Virus record (IMG/VR): IMGVR_UViG_3300033153_013649
Span: 32,001-96,000 of that record
Origin: a virus
Direction: 5' to 3' (one strand)
DNA length: 64,000 bases
Shown here: in pieces, positions 58,017 to 64,000 of the stretch
Numbering within the stretch: position 1 is the stretch's first letter
Layout of the letters: each line of letters begins with the position of its first letter
Notes under the pieces: model-generated
Database searches by the model: none
What the model saw: the letters and a program-made list of their open reading frames with translations, nothing else
Told to the model about the DNA's origin: nothing
Made by a program: the position numbers and the translations under genes

Positions 58017-59398
58017 TGATAGAATTAAACGGTATTATAATAAGTAAGTTGCTTTCTGATAAGGAATATGCTAAAGATGTAATTCCTTATCTTAAAGAGG
58101 AATATTTTGATGAACCAAATGATAAAAGAATAGTTAAACTTATTCTCGAACATTATCATCAATTTAAAACTTCTCCTTCTTCTGATGATATTGAACTTGA
58201 TCTTAGAAAATTACCAGAAAATTTAGTTGAAGATGCAATAAGTAGACTATTAGAAATTAAAGAAATTCATAATACTGAATTAAATAAAGAAAAACTTCTT
58301 AAAAATACAGAAAGATGGATTCAAGAAACTTCTGTTCAGAATGCTATTATAAAATGTGCAAGAGAAATTCAAGAAGGAAATGTTAAATCTTTTGATCATT
58401 TTCCAAAAGTTCTAAAAGAAGCTTTATCAGTAGCTTTTGATAAATCGATCGGTCTAGATTTCAAAGATCCGAATTGTATAAGGGAAAGATATAAAAAATA
58501 TGTAATAAAACCAGAAAAAATAAAATTAGGAATTGATAGATTCAATTTTATAACTGATGGTGGATATGAATATTCGACTCTTAATCTTTATATAGCTCCA
58601 ACAAATGTTGGGAAAACCTGGAAATTAATTGATGATTCAGCTTCTTTAATTAAACTTGGATATAATGTATTATACGTAACCCTTGAGATGTCAGAAGATA
58701 ATATAATGCAAAGAATAGAAGCTAATCTATTCGAATTACCAACTTCTGAATTTAAGAATTTAACACTTAAGGAATATGCTAACTATTTAAGATCAATTAA
58801 AGCAAAAGCAGGGAAAAAGTTGGGAAGATTATTTGTAAAAGAATATCCTACTGGATATGCTACAGTAGCAAATTTAAGTCTTCTTTTAGATGAACTTGAG
58901 CTGAAGAAAAATTTTATTCCTCATGTTTTAATAGTTGATTATATGGGAATTATGAAACCCTTAGAACCTCGATGGGCGAATTCGTATGAAAAACAAAAAA
59001 TTATATCAGAAGAACTTAGAGGATTAATGGTAGAAAGAAAAATTTGTTGTATTTCTGCTATTCAAACAAATAGAGAGGGATATAATGTTTCTGATTTTAA
59101 TCTTACAGCTACTTCTGAATGCCTTGACTTTTCGACATTAGTAAAAAAGAAAGTTAATAATAAATATGAAAATATTAAAATAATTGATTTAAAAGAAGGA
59201 GATATAATAAAGGGAAATAATAAAGATGTTAAGGTTAAAAGAATTTTCCCTATAAAAATTAAGAAAGCTTATAGGATTAAATTAAAATCAGGAAAAGAAA
59301 TTATTTGTTCAGCAGATCATAAATTTCCAACATCTGAAGGTATTGGAACAATTAATAATGGGAAAATAAAAATAGGAACAAAACTTAATTCCCAATAA
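58016..59398 (+). CDS. Replicative helicase gp41, N-part, fused to a split N-intein (92 aa from Cys369)
   Basis: APTNVGKT, TLEMSE, KEYPT, IVDY, SEELRG and QTNR motifs, then TSE|CLDFST...ICSADHKFPT and a stop. Confidence 0.93.
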   Translation: MIELNGIIISKLLSDKEYAKDVIPYLKEEYFDEPNDKRIVKLILEHYHQFKTSPSSDDIELDLRKLPENLVEDAISRLLEIKEIHNTELNKEKLLKNTERWIQETSVQNAIIKCAREIQEGNVKSFDHFPKVLKEALSVAFDKSIGLDFKDPNCIRERYKKYVIKPEKIKLGIDRFNFITDGGYEYSTLNLYIAPTNVGKTWKLIDDSASLIKLGYNVLYVTLEMSEDNIMQRIEANLFELPTSEFKNLTLKEYANYLRSIKAKAGKKLGRLFVKEYPTGYATVANLSLLLDELELKKNFIPHVLIVDYMGIMKPLEPRWANSYEKQKIISEELRGLMVERKICCISAIQTNREGYNVSDFNLTATSECLDFSTLVKKKVNNKYENIKIIDLKEGDIIKGNNKDVKVKRIFPIKIKKAYRIKLKSGKEIICSADHKFPTSEGIGTINNGKIKIGTKLNSQ

Positions 59399-59458
59399 TT
59401 GCTCGTTTAAAAATCTTAATATTGATTATTATTAATAAAGGTAAGGGGTTTATTTTAA

Positions 59459-59854
59459 ATGCAATGGAATGATGAAATAGTTTCGATTGAAGAATTAGAT
59501 GAAAGAGAATTAATTGACATTGAAGTATCAGGTGATCATTTATTTTATGCAAATGGAATCTTAACAAAAAATAGTATCGGAACTCCCATGATCGCTGATT
59601 TTATTGCAGCAATGATTAGAAGTGAAGAACTTGACGAAGTAAATGAAATATTTATAAAAGTTTTAAAAAATCGTTATTCCCCTTTTGTAAATAGAAAATT
59701 TATTCTTGGAACAAATCTAGTACTTCAAAAATTTTTCGATATAGATCAAGATCCAAGTTCAGATTTATCAGAAGAAGCTATAAAGAAATTTAAAAATAAT
59801 ATAAAAGAAAAGGTTTCAAAAAAGAAATTTGAAATTGAAAAACCAGGAAGATAA
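59459..59854 (+). CDS. Split C-intein (38 aa) fused to the gp41 helicase C-part
   Basis: EELDERELIDIEVSGDHLFYANGILTKN|SIGTPMIADF...LKNRY. Confidence 0.93.
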   Translation: MQWNDEIVSIEELDERELIDIEVSGDHLFYANGILTKNSIGTPMIADFIAAMIRSEELDEVNEIFIKVLKNRYSPFVNRKFILGTNLVLQKFFDIDQDPSSDLSEEAIKKFKNNIKEKVSKKKFEIEKPGR

Positions 59855-59923
59855 CGTATAGAGAAATTTTAAATAGAATTTTAATAAGTCGATAAATTAA
59901 ATAGTTAAATAAGAGGGGATATT

Positions 59924-60382
59924 ATGAATATTGGATTTTGTTTCTATCGTTTTGGTATCGATTTTGGTATCGGTATAGGGACTAGTAAAGACGACTACTT
60001 TTTTAGATTATCGATTGGTCGTTGGGATTTCTATAAATGGTCTTTGTTTAAAAGAAGTTTCGTACATTTTTGGCAAAGAATAAGATGGGGATTCGATGAT
60101 TCAGATCTCTGGAGTTTATGTGATACCTTTACTAAATTTATTCTTCCTCGTTTAAAAAGATTTGTAGATTCTGGACCGGGTGGATATCCAGGAGGGCCTG
60201 GATTCGAAGATCCAGGAGGATATGAAAAATGGGTAGTTATTCTTAATAAAATGGTTAGAGCTTTTGAATTAATGGAAGCAGATGAATTTCTTGATACTCG
60301 GGAGGAAAGAAATAAAAGAAATGAAGAAATTCAACTAGGCTTAAAATATTTTGCAAAATATTATCAACAACTTTGGGATTAA
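59924..60382 (+). CDS. Hypothetical phage protein
   Basis: QR..WGFDDSDLWSL...ILPRLK.F...W...LNKM..AF...F.KYY..LWD. Confidence 0.65.
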   Translation: MNIGFCFYRFGIDFGIGIGTSKDDYFFRLSIGRWDFYKWSLFKRSFVHFWQRIRWGFDDSDLWSLCDTFTKFILPRLKRFVDSGPGGYPGGPGFEDPGGYEKWVVILNKMVRAFELMEADEFLDTREERNKRNEEIQLGLKYFAKYYQQLWD

Positions 60383-60395
60383 TGAAATCAAAATT

Positions 60396-60403
60396 TATAA
60401 ATA
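60396..60403 (+). promoter_or_regulatory. T4-type late promoter TATAAATA
   Basis: Consensus upstream of the 60427 ORF. Confidence 0.5.
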
Positions 60404-60426
60404 AATAATATAAAAGAAGAAAAGTA

Positions 60427-60804
60427 ATGATGTATAATATTCTGGAATATTCTCATAAGAAAATTGTTCCGAAATCGCTTAATAATTTTAAAGATTCTGA
60501 TTTTAGAAAACAAGTAGTTTTAAATTTTAGAGGAGAAGTTTTTTCAGAATATAATATGAATATGTTTTACAAGCATATTCGTAATATAAATTTATGTTTG
60601 AATAAGTTAGCAAAACAATTTAAAGCTTCAACGTTTGAGAGTTTAAAAAATTCTGTAACGTTTCTTTATTTAAATTATCTAGAGAGTTTCATAGATTCTA
60701 TTTTAGGACATTATTTTCATACTACTTCTAAAGATCCGGAAAAACAGAAAATATTAGATAAAATAATAAAAGACATTTTTAATGAAGGTTGTTTAGATGG
60801 ATGA
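60427..60804 (+). CDS. Hypothetical protein
   Basis: 125-aa ORF after a late promoter. Confidence 0.55.
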   Translation: MMYNILEYSHKKIVPKSLNNFKDSDFRKQVVLNFRGEVFSEYNMNMFYKHIRNINLCLNKLAKQFKASTFESLKNSVTFLYLNYLESFIDSILGHYFHTTSKDPEKQKILDKIIKDIFNEGCLDG

Positions 60805-61210
60805 AGGGGAAAAAATAAGAATAACTAGTAATTTAACTTTTAAACAAGTTTATGATCTATCTAGGTTAATGTATGCTGATTTTAAAGATTGGAATGCGTA
60901 TGCTCAAGGGATAATCGACGAGGAAGGTAAACTTTTAATAAAAGGTCGACTTAATTGGGCAGAAATCTGGGTTAGAAATTTAAAATTACTTCTTCTGAAG
61001 TCGACCATCGTTAAGGGACGTTGGGGCCAGCGTATTTTCGATGCTAATACTTGGAGATTTATCAGATTCCTGAAGGAATCTAAGAAGATTGATCCATTTT
61101 TAGCAACTACTTCTTTAACTGAAGCTGAAGCGCAGAAATTTATTTTTACTGAAAAAGGAAAGAAATTGAATCAGTTATTAGAAGATATAAAATACGATAG
61201 ATATAGGTAG
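60797..61210 (+). CDS. Conserved T4-like phage hypothetical protein
   Basis: F.DW.AY..GIIDE.GK motif, recalled from T4-like phages. Confidence 0.55.
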   Translation: MDEGEKIRITSNLTFKQVYDLSRLMYADFKDWNAYAQGIIDEEGKLLIKGRLNWAEIWVRNLKLLLLKSTIVKGRWGQRIFDANTWRFIRFLKESKKIDPFLATTSLTEAEAQKFIFTEKGKKLNQLLEDIKYDRYR

Positions 61211-61235
61211 CTAAAAATACAGATTTCATAAATAG

Positions 61236-62669
61236 TTGTATAGAAAGAAATTTTATATGATTATTTATGAGGCTTTTAATAAAGTTACTTGTATGTCTTA
61301 TGTGGGCAAAACCGTTCAAGTAATAGAGGATCGAATTGTACAACACCTTCGATCTGCTAATAAGGGTAAGAAAGGTTATTTTTATAATGCGATAAGAAAG
61401 TATAATAAAGAATGTTGGATCTGGAGTATTGTTGAAGTAATCAACCCTTTGGATAAAAAGAAAATATTAGAAAATAAAGAATATTGGAAACAAAAATTAA
61501 ATGATCGAGAGATATACTGGATCGCCACAAAAAATTCCATGGTTCCAAACGGATATAACTTAACTAAGGGGGGAGATGGTGGTCATACTGGTCCATTATC
61601 AGAAGAAAAGATTGAGTATTTGAGAAAAATAAATATCGGCAAGAAGCTTTCCGAGAGGCATAAAAGAAAAATAAGTGAAAGTAATAAAGGAAAATATCCA
61701 TCTAAAGAAATAAAAGATAAAATATCCAAATCCCTTAAAGAATTTTATAATACTGAAGAAGGAATTAAAAATAGAAAAAAATTATCGAATATTAAAACTG
61801 GTAAAAAATTTACTGAAGAACATAAAGAGAAAATAAGTAAAGGTAGTAAGGGGAGAGTAGTATCCCAGGAAACCAGAAGAAAAATTAGTCTTGCTCAAAA
61901 AGGAAAAAAACTTACTGAAGAACATAAAGCTAAACTTAGAAAACCAAAAAGGAAAAAAATTAAACGAATTATTGGAGAATATATAATGGCCTATGATATT
62001 ATTGAAGATTTATTACAAAGTCAAATAAATGAAGAGGAATTTCCGGATGAAGTATTACTTTCTTGTCCGTTTTGTTTAGCAGATTCTTCTTATATCGATA
62101 CGTATGAAATTGAAGAAGATGACGAGGGAGAACTAGATCCAATCGAACAACCGTTTGTTGCTGCTGATCCTATACATTATTCTCATGATGATTCTTCCTT
62201 TCTTCCTGCTGATCAAGGGATAGGATTATATCCGAATACTGAATTTTATTGTAATAAATGCAAAAGAACTTTCATTTTTTCAAAAGACGGGGAAGCGCTT
62301 GAATTAGCAGATGAAATTGATGACGGAGATCTAGTAAGAACAGGAGATCTTACTTATTTGCTTCCAAATTGGCTTCAACATGAAATCAAGACAAAGAAAT
62401 CTAATATTGCTAGAGAAGAAGTAGAAGTTACTGAAGTAGTTGGTAAGCGCATGCGTAGACGCGCGCGAAAGAAATCTAATCCTAAACAACGAAGAGCTAA
62501 TCTTAAAATGGCTCGAATAAAACGCAAAAAAGAAAGTCAAGGAGAGAGATTACGAGCTAAAGTTTCAGGATCTAAGAATAAGAAAGTCGTGTTTAGAGAA
62601 GGAAAATATAAGATTGTTAAAAAGGATTTCCGAGGTCGTGTAAAGAAAACAGGGGCTAAGAAAAAATAA
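61236..62669 (+). CDS. GIY-YIG/NUMOD3 homing endonuclease in frame with a downstream head-associated (prohead core-like) protein
   Basis: IIY...YVGKT...R...H, E..WI, GYNLTKGG and several NUMOD3 repeats. An internal GGAG + ATG at 61986 starts an acidic, Zn-binding protein with an Arg/Lys-rich tail. The likely endonuclease start is 61257. Confidence 0.8.
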   Translation: MYRKKFYMIIYEAFNKVTCMSYVGKTVQVIEDRIVQHLRSANKGKKGYFYNAIRKYNKECWIWSIVEVINPLDKKKILENKEYWKQKLNDREIYWIATKNSMVPNGYNLTKGGDGGHTGPLSEEKIEYLRKINIGKKLSERHKRKISESNKGKYPSKEIKDKISKSLKEFYNTEEGIKNRKKLSNIKTGKKFTEEHKEKISKGSKGRVVSQETRRKISLAQKGKKLTEEHKAKLRKPKRKKIKRIIGEYIMAYDIIEDLLQSQINEEEFPDEVLLSCPFCLADSSYIDTYEIEEDDEGELDPIEQPFVAADPIHYSHDDSSFLPADQGIGLYPNTEFYCNKCKRTFIFSKDGEALELADEIDDGDLVRTGDLTYLLPNWLQHEIKTKKSNIAREEVEVTEVVGKRMRRRARKKSNPKQRRANLKMARIKRKKESQGERLRAKVSGSKNKKVVFREGKYKIVKKDFRGRVKKTGAKKK

Positions 62670-62695
62670 GAAAGAATTTAATAAAAGGTTTTTCT

Positions 62696-62965
62696 ATGGT
62701 TAAATTCAAATATGTTTTCAATAGAGAAAAAGCAAAAGAAAATATAACAGAGGTTAGACGTATTCTTAAAGAATCAAAATTTGATTATTATAAGATTACT
62801 TCTAATAAATTTACTGGAAATATTATTGTAGCTTCTAATGAAAAATATCGATCTGAAGAATTTTTATTAGAAAGATCTAAATTCAATTCTCTGAAATTTA
62901 ATCAACCATTAAAAGAAATTCTTTTTTTTATATCTCAAGAGGAATTAAACGAGGCTTTAGAATAA
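62696..62965 (+). CDS. Hypothetical protein
   Basis: AAGG RBS, 89 aa. Confidence 0.5.
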   Translation: MVKFKYVFNREKAKENITEVRRILKESKFDYYKITSNKFTGNIIVASNEKYRSEEFLLERSKFNSLKFNQPLKEILFFISQEELNEALE

Positions 62966-63095
62966 AAATGGAATTATGGATTATAATATTAATAATCTTT
63001 TTAGCTGTTATTGGAATTAGTGGATTTGCCACATTTCGTGATAGAAAAAAAGAAAAAGAAAGAAAAATAAGAAGAGAAAATTCTCTTCTAAGAAA

Positions 63096-63413
63096 ATGAA
63101 ATTTAAAGAAATATATGAACAGATAAATTACAAAGAAATCCACGGTCATGACCGAGTTGAATCAAATACTGTTGAATGGTACTTTCATAATTATGAACAT
63201 GGATATAAACACTGCATTGGTAGTGAAAAGAATCCTTATAAAATAAAACATATTAACGGAAAGCATGGTATTAATAAAAAATATGCTCGGGGGCACGGAA
63301 TTAATAGTAATCCTCAATGGTTTAAATTTACTAAAAAATTAGATGATCGTTGGTGGGATTTATCAACAGGTAAAAGAATTGAGATTTCAGAAGTACCCAA
63401 GGAATTAAAATGA
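63096..63413 (+). CDS. Hypothetical protein
   Basis: N-terminus MKFKEIYE resembles a capsid-targeting sequence. Confidence 0.5.
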   Translation: MKFKEIYEQINYKEIHGHDRVESNTVEWYFHNYEHGYKHCIGSEKNPYKIKHINGKHGINKKYARGHGINSNPQWFKFTKKLDDRWWDLSTGKRIEISEVPKELK

Positions 63414-64000
63414 TAATTTTCCCTAGACGATGGAATATAGATTATTTTTCATTTACATTATTAGAATCTCTTTTTATTGAAGAAGGGGTAATTCAGAAAT
63501 TTATTGATATTCTTCGAAATATTTTAGAAGAATTAAAAATTAAAAATCTTGCGTATAGTGGAGGTATAGATTCTACAATAATACTTGCTTTATTAACTGA
63601 ATTATTTGGGAAGGGACATATAACAACTTATGTAATAGCTTCAAGGAAAAATCATCCTGACGTTTTATATTCTAAAATCGGTAGTAATTATTATGGTTCT
63701 AATCATGTAAAATTTATAGGGGAACAAATATATAATTCTATATATAAGCAATTTTTTAATATATTGTCTATTGATGAAATTATTTGTTGTGACGGCATTG
63801 ATGAATTTATGTGTGGTTATTATTCTCATCAGAAAGATCATAGGAAAACGTATGAGTTATCTATTAGAGATCTTGTTATAAATCATTTAATATCTCTTAA
63901 TTTGAATTCTGGTGTAGCTAAAGTTTTTTTACCTTATTTAGATGAAAAACTCATTAGATTAATGGCTAAGATTCCATTAAAATGTAAAGTGGATACTAAG
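63410..64000 (+). CDS. Second asparagine synthetase-like protein (synthetase domain only), 3'-truncated and not in the ORF track
   Basis: Starts at an ATGA overlap and translates to ...LAYSGGIDS...CDGIDEFMCGY...LPYLD. It has no N-terminal glutaminase domain and is open to the window end. Confidence 0.8.
   Translation, partial: MIIFPRRWNIDYFSFTLLESLFIEEGVIQKFIDILRNILEELKIKNLAYSGGIDSTIILALLTELFGKGHITTYVIASRKNHPDVLYSKIGSNYYGSNHVKFIGEQIYNSIYKQFFNILSIDEIICCDGIDEFMCGYYSHQKDHRKTYELSIRDLVINHLISLNLNSGVAKVFLPYLDEKLIRLMAKIPLKCKVDTK

Noticed and set aside
59399-59458. Regulatory hairpin in the gp41 intein spacer
   Set aside because: Only weak AT/GU pairing is present, which cannot be distinguished from chance by eye.
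816-63149. Short minus-strand ORFs antisense to + strand genes, and nested + strand ORFs (21585, 36743)
   Set aside because: These are shadow ORFs of AT-rich coding sequence with no motifs. Only the 15554-17753 block is credible on the minus strand.

Overview
A 64 kb segment of a very AT-rich, highly divergent T4-like (Tevenvirinae-type gene set) large myophage genome, read in the standard genetic code and almost entirely on the + strand. From left to right it contains: baseplate and tail-fibre genes with a putative lysis region; UvsW, RNase H and UvsY; a small minus-strand baseplate block; the late sigma factor gp55; a candidate origin; and a consolidated replisome cluster (topoisomerase II, gp33/59/32/45/44/62/61, Dam, gp47 and a C-terminal DNA polymerase half). 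It continues with a large nucleotide-metabolism and DNA-modification region, an RNA-repair region (tRNA-like RNAs, RNA ligase, CCA-adding enzyme and an unassigned structured RNA), UvsX, the gp41 helicase and head-associated genes. Main highlights: (1) a cytosine-hypermodification operon whose C5-methyltransferase homolog carries a natural motif-X Asn-to-Lys change, the same change that turns engineered C5 MTases into carboxymethyltransferases; it lies two genes from an asparagine synthetase and near a dCMP-type thymidylate synthase homolog; (2) two naturally split inteins, in topoisomerase II (interrupted by a free-standing endonuclease) and in gp41; (3) a 138-nt tRNA-like RNA with two T-arms and a 235-nt GC-rich structured element, both located next to RNA end-repair enzymes. 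All product calls come from motif recognition by eye; no database search was run.
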